Positions 1-15,125 of a stretch of 64,000 bases of DNA are shown here, in pieces. The stretch's first letter is position 1. Each line of letters begins with the position of its first letter. The notes under the pieces are model-generated. The model did not search any database. It had not been told where the DNA came from and was given only the letters and a program-made list of their open reading frames with translations. Made by a program: the position numbers and the translations under genes. The DNA comes from the human T2T-CHM13v2.0 reference genome, Homo sapiens: the NCBI RefSeq assembly GCF_009914755.1, contig NC_060932.1; one strand, written 5' to 3'.

Positions 1-151
1 ACCAATGTCCCCCAACACACCTGCCTTTCGGATTTAAAACACTAGCCTTATTAGTACAACAGTCTTTAGCCCAAGATTACAGTACTCTCAGCCAAACCCA
101 GGTTCATAAAGAGCACAGAGTCAGCTTAGTACTTTTTTTCTAAGAGGAGGC

Positions 152-1600
152 TGCATGAGTCATTGGCTTGTCAGTTGCTCAGCTCCATGTCCAACCTTCT
201 ATGCTATGCTCCTTATTGTATGGGGCTGAAACTCTGCAAACTTCATTCCTCAGGCTCCCTGGACAACTGGCTTGCAATTAGGTTTTACAACTAGGAGCAC
301 TGTAAGAAGACTGAAGGTGGGAATGATACAGACAGGAGGCAGGGAAATACTGGGTAGAAGAGGGTGGGGTCCCTGGCAAGGGTTCTACCCTCAAGCCTGG
401 ACCCTCGGCCCTAAATGAGAAATTTACATCCCCACTTTCCTGCCCAAATGTTGCCTTTTGGCCTGCCCCACCACCTATCCTGTGCCCATAAAAACCCCAA
501 GCTCCACTGGCAGAGGAGCAGAGCGGTGTGGCAGAAAAGCAGAAGAGAAGGAGCATCTGAACATGGAGAGGAGAAGAGGCAGCTGGACATCAGAGATTAT
601 AGTCAGAGAGGAGTTCGGCCAGGGACGATTGGAGAGGAGTTTGGCCAGGGACAGTTAGAGAGGAGTTTGGCCATCCCCGGCCAAACTCCAGGGGAAGATC
701 ATCTTTCCGCTCTATCCCCTTTCCAGCTCCCCATCCCACTGAGAGCCACTTCCACCACTCAATAAAATCTCCACATTCACCATCCTTCAAGTCAGTTTGA
801 CCTCATTCCTCTTGGGCACTGGATAAGGACCTGAGCGTAGGTTCAAGAGGCTGTCAAACTGACTCTCCACTGAGCTGTTTAACACTTAGCCATCCACGGA
901 CGACAAGTGCTAAAAGAGCACTGATTGTAACACATGCCCTCTGGGGCTTCAGAGGTCACAGGCAACCCCTAGACACTGCCGTGGGCTGGTATGCGGTTTG
1001 TTCCTGCTGGCGCCCAAAAGCACTTGCCCAGGCTCCTGCACCCACTCACCTGCGTGCTCCCCTTCCTGCAAGGGGTTTGAGCATGGAGGCCAAGTAAACA
1101 AGTAAACAAGTCATCCCTGTCGCAAGGCCCACAAGGAAGTCACGGGAACTATCCTGTCTCAGAAGGAAGAGAGAAGGAAACTCTTCCAATTCTCATGTAG
1201 CAGAGCAAGCATTAGCACTCCTGACTGTGATAAGATCAGCTGTAGCATCAAGGAGTAGTGGCAGTGGTGACATGAGCTAAGCAGACAGTGGTGATAGCGA
1301 TAGTAGCAGTGACAATAACCTGGGAGTGCTGGCTAGAGAGTTCTTGCCCGGTTAACTCACCCCCAACAGTAGAGCCTCAGAGACCCACTGGCCCTCACTC
1401 TGGGCAATGCTACCCTTCCTGTGCCTCTCCAGTCGAAGCGTAGCAGGGATTTCCTGCAGTTATTCATTCTGTATAACCTTCTCTTTCTGTATTTTGCTCC
1501 ACCAGCCCTTCAGCCCCTTTGTAACCAATTCTTGTAATACATTCCCACTGTTTGAAATACCTAGAATAATTTGTTTTCCTATCAGAATATGATTAATACA
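152..1600 (+). mobile_element. Old ERVL-class solo LTR (LTR33/LTR16-like), split by the LTR at 324-1161
   Basis: 5' part (ggggctgaaactctgcaaac...ttaggttttacaactaggagcactg) and 3' end (gtaaccaattc...tgtttgaaatacctagaa...gattaataca) resemble the remembered LTR33-group consensus. Confidence 0.6.
324..1161 (+). mobile_element. ERV1 solo LTR, LTR1/LTR27/MER52 group
   Basis: Starts TGATACAGACAGGAGGCAGGGAAATACTGGGTAGAAGAGGG (diagnostic of the group), has cataaaaa box near 487, AATAAA at 761, ends ...atcctgtctCA; TSD imperfect. Confidence 0.8.
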
Positions 1601-2706
1601 GAGGTCCATTTCAAAAGCTTGGAACTTCCATCCGATCAACTGATTATTCCAAGTTCTGTTGCAAGTTTTCTCTTGCTGTCTTGCTCCTTGATTTTTCTAA
1701 AAATACTATGTTTCTTGGTTCTAACCCCTTGTTATCACCATCCTAGGCTTCTATTTTCCCTTCTCTTCATCCATCTGGTGATAATGTAAAAGAAAAATGC
1801 AAGCCTTTTATTTAAGAAGGAAAAATTGAAAATCAGAAGATGAGACTCCTTTTAAGAAAGAAACCATCAAAATACTTGAAACCAAAAACACACTCCCCAT
1901 TCAGGTACTGTGCTGTAAATTCCTTCTCTGAGCTAAGAATTAAAATATACAGAATACTGAGACCCAGGTAACCACAAAGAATAATCAGGTTGGGGTGAAG
2001 GTCTCCAGTTACGTTGTTTGACTACATTCTAATTTTATCACAAATGACAAATCCTCTCCACTGTGTTCTTGACACTTAATTAAACAGAGATAAAGACTTT
2101 CTTTTTGCTAAAAGATTTTACTACAGAGCCTTTTACCCATCTGAAGGGAAAACTAAGGCCAAAAAAATGTTAAAGCTCATGAAACAATTGGCAAAATATG
2201 ACTATTGTAGGAATAGCAATAGTTCATAAATTACAACTATTGTTAATCACCTCAGCTGTAACTAAACTTGCAGTGACCTGAGTTTTTTCTCATTTTCTGC
2301 TTTGGATTAAATCGTTTGTTTCACAAAACTCAAACAACTTCTAGTGTTTGAGATAACTATGAATAGTGCTACTTCCCTATTAGAACTCCCCAGAATAAGC
2401 TTAAAGCAAATTAAAGTACTTCTGACAACTTCAATATCCAAGCACGAAACAAAATTCAGTTTCTTTCAATAATAAGAAAAAGTGAGAATTAGGTGTTGGG
2501 AAGAGGAGAGGTTTTGGGAAGAGCATTGTCCAGAGTGTGGGTCCGTGGGTCTCTGAGGCTCCGCTCTTGGGGGTGAGTTAACCGGGCAAGAACTCTCTAG
2601 CCAGCACTCCCAGGTTATTGTCATTGCCACTATCGCTGTCACCACTGTCTGCCCAGCTCATGTCACCACTGCTGCTACTCCTTGATGCTACAGCTGATCT
2701 TATCAC
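1227..2706. repeat. Inverted repeat pair, 185-bp arms (1227-1411 and 2522-2706), 1110-bp spacer
   Basis: Manual alignment of 1227-1411 to the reverse complement of 2522-2706: gap-free, 14 mismatches, 57-nt perfect core. Confidence 0.95.
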
Positions 2707-2971
2707 TGAAAACAGAGGAGGAGCAACAGTTTAAGGCACTGCCCTTCACTCAGGGAAACAGGGGCTGAGACGGCCTTAAGGGGTTGGCAAAGTCAGTTCG
2801 GAGTCCCAGAATGTTCTGCAGAACTCTGACATGAAACTTTCATGATGAGGCTATATAACTCTGTAGAGGGTTTGTTGCTACCTCTTATTCTTAGTTATTA
2901 AAGACCACATACAGATGTATCACACTCTGGTTAGTTGGTTAGTTACTAAAACTGGATTGACTGATTGATTG

Positions 2972-3060
2972 ATTGGGACACGTTCCTCACTATGTTCCCC
3001 AGGGTGCTCTCAACCTCCTGAGCTCAAGTGATGCCTCCCACCTTAACCTCCTAAAGTGCT
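2972..3060 (-). mobile_element. FLAM/Alu left-monomer fragment with (GATT)n tail
   Basis: ctcctgagctcaagtgatgcctcccacc...aaagtgct. Confidence 0.7.
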
Positions 3061-3785
3061 TTCTATTGCAGTCAACATATCTGGAGACAGAAGACATTAC
3101 TAACTCAGAGAAGCATAGGCATTTCTAAAAAGCAAGGTTTTACTGAGTCCTATTATTTGAAAAGCATTAAGCTGAGAATTCTGGGACTTCAAAGATAAAC
3201 AAAATAAGCCCCAAGGGATATTATGATTATGAATGTAAATGTTAAACCATTAGCCAATATTCAATCTAGACTAACAAAAATGCAAATGGCCATGGTGGGA
3301 GAAAGGAGTAATTATTTCTGACTGGTCAAAGAGTTTGGGGCTGAATTACTGATAAGTACACAGAAAACCCAGCAATTAAGAAAATTAAGACACAATTACC
3401 CAATTATTATTTTTTTGTTTTGTTTTTCAATTTTTAATCATCAACATTGTCAAGCTTAGAGAAAAGTTAACTGTACAGTACAATTAACATGGAACACCCA
3501 CCGTTCAGATTCAAAAATTATTAAAACTGTCGTATTTTCATGTAGCATGTTAACACTGTTTTTAAACACAGATGACTAGTCAAATCCCCCACCTCCTGCT
3601 GGGATCCACACTGAATCGTTTGTGTATTTCCAGTGATAGGAAACTCATTATCTCCTAATACATCAAAACAAATAATAATCACATTTTCTCTTACACTGAG
3701 CGAAAATCTGCCTTTCTTGCATTTCTAGCCATTTATTCTATTTCTGCTTTTTGGAAATACATGGTCAAGATCTTTTCCTCTTCCC

Positions 3786-3935
3786 AGGGAGAAGAGCAGA
3801 AAAAATAACTATTGAGTACTGGGCTTAGTACCTGAGTGACAAAATAATCTGTACAACAACCCCCTGTGACACAAATTTACCTATATAACAAACCTGCACA
3901 TGTACCCCGGAACCTAAAATAAAAGTTAAAATAAA
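3786..3935 (+). mobile_element. 5'-truncated L1 3' end (L1PA15/16-like)
   Basis: L1 3'UTR terminus ...aaacctgcacatgtacccc...aaaataaaagttaaaa; TSD aagatcttttcctc on both sides. Confidence 0.85.
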
Positions 3936-4099
3936 AAGATCTTTTCCTCCTTCCCTAAGCTCCCTTTCATAACACTGAAGACGATCTCAGATATAGATCT
4001 CATCTGTATTTTCTTCTCTTGTAAATTGAGTACAAAGGAAAAGATAAGGATGATGTGAGGAGGTAGGGTAGGGCTATGGGCCTTCTTATGGGCCGGCAT

Positions 4100-4850
4100 T
4101 TTTTTCCACAAATTTTGATTTGTAATATTTTCATTTTCATTCAGTTTGAGGTTTCTCAAATTTCAGTTTTGCTATCTTTAAACCATGGGATGTTGTGAAG
4201 TATGTCTAATTTTCCAAAAGAAGGGCTTTTTCTAGTTTTGTTGTTGTTGTTGTTGTTTCTATCTTATTTGCATTGTAGTTGGAGAACATAATCTGTATAT
4301 TGCAAATCTTTGAAATTTATTTAGATTTACTTTAATGCCAGCATATAGCCATTTTCTTTTAATGTTCCCTCAATACTTAAAAAGGCTATGTATTCTGTAC
4401 TGTGCTCTATACATGTCAATTAGTTCAAAGGTTTTAATCACATTTTCTATTCATTTCTGAAAACAAGTACTTATTCTTTCAATTACTAGGAGAAGTGTGT
4501 TAAAATCTTACTGCACAATTATCCAATTATTAACTCAGGGCAAAAAAGAAAAGTAATCCTTGTGCTCTCTGGTTCACCTATGAATATTATTTACATAGTC
4601 ATAATAATGTAAAGAGGGAATATTGATCCATCAAACATGATAATATAACTGTAAGTGGACGGGGGATATAGGAAGGATGAGTGTGTATGTGTTGAACAGG
4701 AGAGGGTAAAAGAGTGATTCCTCATCTTCCAAGACAGGGAGTCAATGATAATGCTTAATAGCAAAAAATCATGAAATACTAATATCAGCATGTTATTCAG
4801 AGATCTGATGATAACAACCAAGAGTCAGAAAAAACTATTGAAAGTAGTCA
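4100..4850. mobile_element. Old L1M fragments (ORF2 piece on minus strand ~4100-4530, 3'UTR-like piece beyond)
   Basis: Minus-strand translation LKLNENENITNQNLW resembles the L1 ORF2p motif NENENTTYQNLW. Confidence 0.6.
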
Positions 4851-4865
4851 TCTTTTATTTATTTG

Positions 4866-5156
4866 TTTTTTTTTTGAGATGGAGTCTCACTGTATTGCCC
4901 AGGCTGGAATGCAGAGGCACAATCTCAGCTCACTGCAACCTCCCCTACTGGGTTCAAGCACTCCTCCCACCTCAGCCTCCCCAGTAACTGGGACTACAGA
5001 CGTGCACCACCACGCCCGGCTAATTTTTGTATTTTTTGTAGAGACGGGGTTTCACCATGTTCGTCAGGCTGGTCTCGAACTCCTGACCTCAGGCGATCCG
5101 CCCATCTCGGCCTCCCAAAGTGCTGGGATTACAGGCGTGAGCCACTGAGCCCAGCC
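4866..5156 (-). mobile_element. AluS
   Basis: Full dimer; TSD aaagtagt(c/a)atct. Confidence 0.95.
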
Positions 5157-5372
5157 TAAAAGTAGTAATCTGAGAAGATACCCATTTGCTATTGAAATGT
5201 GGAGCATATATAGCTTTGATAAAAATAAAAGTAAAGTGAACAAAAGATTATATGGGAAAAGTAAGTCTTCTTCCCCACACCCCAGCCATCTAGGTCCCTT
5301 CCCTTTATTAAAGTTCCCTTTGTTAAGTTCATTAAAAAAAAAAAAAAAAAAGATGGTGGGGGGGTGGGGAGG

Positions 5373-5695
<323 letters not shown>

Positions 5696-6166
5696 ATGGA
5701 GGGGTGGATAGACGGATGAAGGAAGGAATGCGGGATAAAGGAAGAAAGGAAGGGAGGGAGGGAAAGTATATCCAATTAAACTATGATACAAGGCTTTCTT
5801 ATACCTAGACTTTGTATTTATAGTTAGTGAAAGAGCTCTTTTAAATTTACTTATAGATTTTTATTATTTATCACTCTTGTGAATACTTAGAAAAAAATAT
5901 AAGTTAAATTGGTTTAAGTATCAAAACTTCTTCAGAGTCTCTTTTGAATCACTTTTTGATCTTTGATGTCTGTGTATTTCTGTACAATATTTTGCTTGTT
6001 AACATTAAGACCGTAAGCAACACAGCATTGCTTAAAAGAGTGCTCTACTATGACCTCTGAGATTTGCCTCCAAGCTACTGACATCGCCACGTTTTAATGT
6101 TGATGCTTTCTTAATATTACCAAAGTTGCCAAAGAAAGTTTTCAGACACCAACTAGACTCATATTC

Positions 6167-6489
6167 TTTTTGTTCTGTTTTTTTGTTTTGTTTTGTTTTT
6201 TGAGTTGGAATCTCACTTTGTCGCCCAAGCTGGAGTACAGTGGCATGATCTCAGCTCACTGCAAAACCTCTGCCTCCTGGGTTCAAGTGATTCTCCTGCC
6301 TCAGCCACTCGAGTAGCTGGGATTACAGGTGCATGCCACCATGCCCGGCTAATTTTTGTATTTTTACTAGAGACAGGGTTTCACTTTGTTGTCCAGGCGG
6401 CTGGTCTCAAACTCCTGACCTCAGGTGATCCGCCCACCTCAGCCTCCCAAAGTGCTGGGATCACAGGCATGAGCCACTGTGCCTGGCCT
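6167..6489 (-). mobile_element. AluS
   Basis: Full dimer; TSD agactcatattct. Confidence 0.95.
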
Positions 6490-6950
6490 AGACTCATATT
6501 CTCTTGTCAAATGGTCATTAAATGGTGTGTTGATGGAAGCATCAAAGGGCTGTAGTTGCCCCATCATTCCAGGTAGAAGAGCAACCCAGTTCATGTCCAT
6601 GCAGGCATTCATACTACACCACTGCCGCTGCCCAGCTGACACAGACAGGCAGGAGGCTATCAATTGCAAAATACATGTCGATTTCAGAGACATTCAAATT
6701 TAAAAAGAAAATAAATATTTTTATAATTAAGGAAAATCTTTTCACATACGTGAAAACATATATACCGTTAGAAACCTGGTATTATCCATGTAACTACCAT
6801 GGAAATACTTCAGTATTGGTACATATAAAGCTACCCTATTTTCAAGAATGATCACATGGTATTATTTCATTGTGTATATGCAGTCAGTCCAATATTCTCC
6901 CAATTATTCCACTTTGTGGTGCAAAATGCAAATTATGAAAAGTGGGTTAA

Positions 6951-7247
6951 GGCCAGGCACGGTGGCTCACCTGTAATCCACACACTTTGGGAGGCTGAGG
7001 CGGGTGAATCACTTGAGGTCAGGAGTTTGAGACCAGCCTGGCCAACATGGCGAAACGCTGTCTCTACTAAAAATACAAAAATAAGCCGGGTGTGGTGGCA
7101 CACGTCTGTAGTCCCAGCTACTCAGAGGCTGAGACACAAGAATTGCTTGAACCCAAGAGGCAGAGGTTCAGTGAGCCGAGATCACGCCACCGCACTCCAG
7201 CCTGGGTGACAGAACGAGATCCTGTCTCCAAAAAAAAAAGAAAAAGA
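6951..7247 (+). mobile_element. AluS
   Basis: Full dimer; TSD aaaagtgggttaa. Confidence 0.95.
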
Positions 7248-7979
7248 AAAGTGGGTTAAGAAGCAGCTATTTTTCTAAGTTAGGTGCATTATATCCTAAG
7301 GCACTCAGTAATTGCTGATATCTTCAAAAGCAACTAGAATTTCAGAGCATATTGTCCATGTGTCTGCCCCAGACCCTTGGCTGGAGGGACATTTTACAGA
7401 AGTCAATAGTGAATATAGCAATCAATCTCCAAATTAATTAAATCAAAGGCTTATTCTCTGAAACTAATGATCAAGATACCAACCGAATGCTTTTTTTGAA
7501 AGCAAGTCTATCTACCAGGTAGATATGGAAACTGCCAAATCATTTTACTCCACTTAGCCTTTGTGATACATTTGACCTCAGTTAGAAGCTATGACCTGGA
7601 GAAATAAACTCTTTATTCTCAAAACCTGCAGTGTTCCACTCCATTTAATCTTCTTAGAGTCTCTCTCTACCCAAGAGGGAAACAGCACAGAACAAAGCAC
7701 TGTCCTCCAAAGTTAACCATGTCTAGGATACCCCTACCTTGATTTTCTAATATACATGTCTCATCACTGAAACAGCAAAAAACTTGGTCCAGGATTTTTG
7801 GTCCACATTAAGAATCCCGAGTAATACAATGTATAAATTGTATTTTATATGCCCAGGTCTAATACTGTAAACAAATAAGATGCAACTCTCCGATGGCAGT
7901 AAAAAAAGAATGAGACAGTAAAAGCATAAAGCAAAGGACATAAATATTTTCCAATAATTTTTCTTTTATTTAAATTATT

Positions 7980-8275
7980 GGCCAGATTCGGTGGCTCATG
8001 CCTGTAATCCTAGCACTTTGGGAGGTTAAGGCAGGAAGGTCACTTAAGCCCAGGAGTTTGAGATCAGCCTGGGCAACATAGGGAGACCTGTCTCTATAAA
8101 CAATTTTTTAAAAATCAGCCAGGTGCGGTGGTGTGTACCTATAGTCCCAGCTACTCAGGAGGCTGTGGTGGAAGAATCACTTAAGCCCAGGAGGCAGAGG
8201 TTACAGTGAGCCGAGATCGCACCCCTGCACTCCAGCCCGGGTGACAAAGTGAAACCGTGTCTCAAAAAAAAAAAA
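7980..8275 (+). mobile_element. AluJ
   Basis: Full dimer with J-type gcccaggagtttgagatcagcctgggcaacatag. Confidence 0.9.
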
Positions 8276-8465
8276 TTGTTTTCATCAAATTTTTACTAAT
8301 AATATATACTCAATAACGAGAAATTCTATTGAGCTCAAATACATAAAAGAAGGAAAGGGGGTAGAAAGAAAGAGGAAAAAAGAGGAGAAGAATCATCACC
8401 CGTATTCCCAAAGAAAAGCAATGCTCATCATCAGGATTTTTTTCCATATGTGTGCATGTTTGTAT

Positions 8466-8522
8466 GGTGTGTGCGTGTGTGTGTGTGTGTGTATGAGAGA
8501 CAGTGTGTGGACTGTGTGTGTA
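8466..8522. repeat. (GT)n microsatellite, interrupted
   Basis: Direct reading. Confidence 0.9.
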
Positions 8523-8553
8523 TGGGACTGAGTAAGAAAATACTGATTTCAGC

Positions 8554-8612
8554 TCACTACTGATGAGTAGTGAAGTCTCTCATTACTGATTAGTAGTGAA
8601 GTCACTACTGAT
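8554..8612. repeat. Short tandem array of a palindromic unit (TCACTACT-GATG-AGTAGTGA), ~2.5 copies
   Basis: Units at 8554-8579, 8580-8601 and 8602-8612. Confidence 0.85.
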
Positions 8613-8636
8613 ATGTCTTGAGAAAAAGAAGTTATT

Positions 8637-8950
8637 GGCTGGCTGTAGTGGCTCACACCTGTAATCCCAGTACTTTGGGAGGCCGAGGCAGGAGAATCAT
8701 TTGAGGCCAGAAGTTCAAGACCAGCCTGGGCAACAGAGTGAGACCCTGTCTCTACAAAAAAATTTTTGAAGTTAGCCAGGTGTGGCAGTGCATGCCTGTA
8801 GACCCAGCTACTAGGGAGAGAGTGTGAGGTGGGATGATGGCTTGAGCCCAAGAGTTCAAGGCTGCAGTGAGCAATGACTATACCACCGCATCCCAGCCTG
8901 CGTGGGAGAGTGAGAGCCTGTCTTTTAAAAAATTTTTTAAATAAAAAATA
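8637..8950 (+). mobile_element. AluJ
   Basis: Full dimer with J-type right arm. Confidence 0.9.
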
Positions 8951-9258
8951 AATTTATAATGGGTTAATTTTATATTATTTATATCTAAAGTAAGACGAAC
9001 TCTGTCCCAAAACACCCTATCCTGTAGAGACTGGGGTTCAAAGAAGGAACAGAATGGACCCCAAAATAAGAGGTGAAAATCCCCACGTACACTCCAGTCA
9101 TGCCAAGGGCAGCCTGACAGGCAAGGCTTCTTGCTTCCTGTCTCAACTTATCCCTGTCCTGCAAAGCTGTGGCAGGACACATCTGCAGCTCAGCACAGCA
9201 GACAGGCACAGGAGCACAGGAACAAAAACACAACATGGGTAAGAAAATGAAGGTTCCA

Positions 9259-9581
<323 letters not shown>

Positions 9582-9964
9582 TCAGAGAGGAGTCTCATTA
9601 TACAAAGTTTGGGAGTGTGGGATGTGCTTGGATAGGTGAGTTCACAAAGCTTTCAGCTGCTACGGGCTTCATACCACAACGTGGAAAGACTTCCCCACCA
9701 TGTGGAGAAATGGCAGAGTAAAAGGACATCTTCAGTAACAAGTTGAACTGCTGAACAAAACAGGTCTGCCTGCCCCAGATTTCTGACTAATTTAATAAAT
9801 AAATGCCTTTATTGCTAAGCCACTTTGGGTCAAGTTCTTGATGGATGCAGCCTAATGCATTTAAATGACAATGGCAGGTCTCATCACATTTGGAAAGTCT
9901 GCATACTGGTGTTAAAAAAAAAAAGAAAAGAAAAGAAAACTATTCCATTTAATAGCATCAAATA

Positions 9965-10110
9965 TGAGAAAGTACCAAATGGGTACAATGTATGTTATTA
10001 AGGCGATGGAAAACCTAAAGCCCTGACTTGTATGTAACAAAACTACACTTGCGCCCCATAAATTTATACAAATAAAATTTAAAGTTTCATCACAACAACA
10101 AAAAAAAAAG
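9965..10110 (+). mobile_element. L1 3' terminal fragment (L1PB/L1MA-like)
   Basis: gggtacaatgtatgttatt...tatgtaacaaaactacacttgcgccccataaatttatacaaataaaa. Confidence 0.7.
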
Positions 10111-10329
10111 AAGCAGAGTTGTAGATGAGACCTTTCCTGCTCTTTTTTCTATACATGATAATTTGCTACTGCCAACAGGACTCTGGAAAGTGAATACTTT
10201 TGCAGGAAGAACTTTCCAAATTGCTCAAGTCTTCATGTTGCTCCCTATCCAGTGATCTCGTGGCTTTTTGTATGGATCTGAACTATAATATTGATCATAC
10301 TCAACTGTAGTTATGTGTGCACCTGTTTA

Positions 10330-10569
<240 letters not shown>

Positions 10570-11622
10570 TCATTTACTCAGACAAGTATGGCAGTTTTAA
10601 TTACTTACGATGGTAGACTAGTAAGTGGCACTACCACCTCATTAAAAAATGATGAAGCTTAGCAACACTTTGGCATTCAGTTATTCTTTACAAAAAAAAA
10701 AATAGTCGATGATTCAAGAAATTAGTGAGTTGTAAAAATGGGAATGAAATATTAAGGAAATACTAAAGAACTCAACTTTTAACCTGACCTTTGGTATGAA
10801 AGAGATCTTTTAGTTGCAGGTAATTTCTTGATTATTCCAAGCTGATCACATTTTAATTAGTGTTTATTATATAGAAACATCTTATCAGTCAGTCATGGGG
10901 AAACACTCAGATTCATTCTAACTCAGAGCTCGTGTGAAGTCTATTAAATTATAACTGCCAAATAAATCAACAAGCCAAGTGTCCTAAGCTTTTCTGAGAA
11001 GTTTTATACCAATCAAATGTATAAGTAAATAATAAATAAAATTTTGTTAAAAGCAGAGCAAAGTCCCAGTTTGTGATTTGAGCTTACAAAATTTAATTAA
11101 CTATGTTTACTTTGTTTCCAATTTTTCCCATTAAAAAAGTTCAAACTTGGAGGGAAAACTGGTATAGCTTTTTCAGAGACCAAGTTAGTAGTACGTAGTA
11201 AATTTTTAATTTAATTCACCCATTAACACAGCAACTCAAATTTCTAGATATTAGATAGAGAAATAATCGCACATATGAGGAGAGACAGATAAATATGTTC
11301 ATAGTAACACAACAAAAAACAGAAGTAGCCTTAAAAAACTATTGACAGCAGAATGGTTAAATAATTTTAGTTATAGCCATACTATAGAATCAACATAGCT
11401 TTAAAAATAATGAAGTCAATAGATATATTCTAACATGAAAAAAAAAATCTTCAAAATCCACTTAAATGGAAAAACAAATATATATCTATGGTATGATTCA
11501 GTTAAAAAAATACATAAAATTACAGGCTGAATTCAATTGTACATAAAAATTCTGGAAGGATAGCCCTTAATCTGACTGGCATAGGGCTTGACATGGTAAA
11601 GACTGATTTTCATTTACCATGA

Positions 11623-12062
<440 letters not shown>

Positions 12063-12913
12063 CCTAGTAGACTTCTTTTTGTTTAAATTTTGACATAGTG
12101 ATACGTTCATTCATTCTGCATGTAATTTTTAAAAATCAAAAAACTAACAAGAAGAACAAAGGCATTTCTTTGAAGTCAAGCATAAAAAGGCCTCACAAAC
12201 CTTGTATAATATGTAAAAGTTCACAGATAAACTTCAAAACCATCACATCATCCCCCATGATACTTAGGAAATACTGCCCTTGGAATCCTACCTGCTTATA
12301 AGAGGATGATATTTCAAAATTTATATGGAAAATTATGTGGCACAGTAAAATGCCAGAGATTTCATCTACCCCAAAAGGAAAGCTGGCAGATATTTTATCT
12401 GAACATCAACAGAAGAACGTGTTCTGCTAACATCCAGCTAATGAATTATTTCAGCTATAAATGGGAGATTAGGACACATCGTCTGAGAGGCCCTGATAGA
12501 ACAATGCCTTCTAATTCAGCTGAAAAACTGGCTGGATTTGAAAAATTAAACTGACTTCAAAGTAATCAAGCTGGAGTCCATCAAATCAAGCAACTCGAAA
12601 TCATAATAATTATTAATTTGTTAATCTTAGTGCTTTCAAATACATACTTCACAATCTTCATTACATTTAAGAGCATTAAATGCTGGTGATGTTAAATCTC
12701 TTAAAGTAATATTTTGGAAGGTAGAAAAGTAATAAAACATAATATGGCCTTAATAAAATAGAAAACCAAATTATAGAGAATGTTAAAAAAAATTTTTTAT
12801 CTCAGTTGAAATCAGGTAAGTAATGCAAGCCTTCAGCAAACCCTCCAGCTGGATTTAGTTTCCACAGGGACTCTCCCAAAGTTGGGTCCTTTGTAGCTGA
12901 GAGCCTTAAGTTA

Positions 12914-13534
<621 letters not shown>

Positions 13535-13859
13535 CTACCCTGGTGTCTAATGTTCTTTATGGTACTTCCTAGAGGAGGACAGGTAACCAATCTGTCTCAA
13601 TTTGCCTGGGACCTGTCAAGTTTACCACTGAAAAATCTCATATCAAGGAAATTCCCTGAATCCTAGGCAACTCAGGACAGTTAGTCATTTCCTGGGCACA
13701 CTCCTATCAAAGAAGAAAAATGTTCAGGACCTTCAATTGCCTCAGCATGGGCACAAGAAGCATGCAATGATGCTCAGCCTGGTCTTATTCCATGTCATAT
13801 AAGTGTGCAACAAAGGCTGGAAATCTCTTGATTTTAGTCTCCTGATTGGAAAATAGAGG

Positions 13860-14170
13860 AACCTCAGAAACATGCTGTGAAAAAGATGCCAGACAAAAAA
13901 GAGAACATAGTGTGCAATTCAATTTATATGACTTCTCTAAACTGGCAAAACTAACCTGCAGTGACAGAAATCAGGTCAGTGTTTTTTGGGGGTGGAGAGT
14001 TGGGGGTAAACTTACAGAGGGGAACCAGGGAACTTTCTGGAGTAAAGGAAAGGTTCTATATCTTAATTGGGATGGTGATTACATGATACACTTGTCAGAA
14101 CTCACCAACTGCACACTTAAAATGTGTGCATTTTAAGTAAACTTAACCTTTAAAGTGTTGGTTTTAAAAA
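13860..14170 (+). mobile_element. L1ME-type 3'UTR fragment
   Basis: gccagacaaaaaagagaacatagtgtgcaattcaatttatatga...gcacacttaaaatgtgtgcatttt. Confidence 0.75.
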
Positions 14171-14299
14171 GAGATGTGAGATCCTCCATCACAAAAAAAG
14201 ATTCAGGACAGATTAAGCAATATCTTTTAGGGATGTCGTTGGTGGGATTTCTGAGTTAGATATAGGCTAGAGGCATATCAAAGATCTATGGTCATTTTC

Positions 14300-14605
<306 letters not shown>

Positions 14606-14826
14606 TGATCTGTGGTCATTTTCAACTCTCATTTATAGGATTCTAAAAGGGCACTACATTACTCCACTCCCTTATCTAAAATAAATTTAAAATTCATCGG
14701 AATTTGTCCAGTCCTCCATCACTGGAAAATGTACAGATTCCTTCTCTGGAAATATCTAAAGAAAAGTACAGCTAATGTTCCCCCATTTCGTGTTGTTTTG
14801 TTGCTGCTTTAACTATGAACTCATCT

Positions 14827-15125
14827 GGCCGGGCGCAGTGACTCACGCCTATAATCCCAGCACTTTGGGAAGCCAAGGTAGGTAGATCACGAGGTCAAGA
14901 GACTGAGACCATCCTGGCTAACACGGTGAAACCCCGTCTCTACTAAAAATACAAAAAATTAGCCGGGCGTGGTGGTACACACCTGTAATCCCAGCTACTC
15001 AGGAGGCTGAGGCAGGAGAATGGCGTGAACCCATGAGGCGGAGCTTGCAGTGAGCGGAGATTGCGCCACTGCGCTGCAGCCTGGGCGACAAAGCAAGACT
15101 CTGCCTCAAAAAATAAAAAAAAAAC
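14827..15125 (+). mobile_element. AluY/AluSc-type
   Basis: accatcctggctaacacggtg and aatggcgtgaacc diagnostics. Confidence 0.9.

Noticed and set aside
596-675. Three ~24-nt repeats (ggagaggagtt(c/t)ggccaggga) superficially like a CRISPR array
   Set aside because: Tandem with no unique spacers, inside an LTR whose family carries such repeats; eukaryotic context, no cas genes
278-790. Overlapping ORFs of up to 116 aa
   Set aside because: Lie inside the LTR1-group solo LTR; no gag/pol/env similarity
8554-8612. TGATGA and CTGA motifs suggesting a C/D box snoRNA
   Set aside because: Motifs are by-products of the palindromic repeat; spacing too short and no guide region
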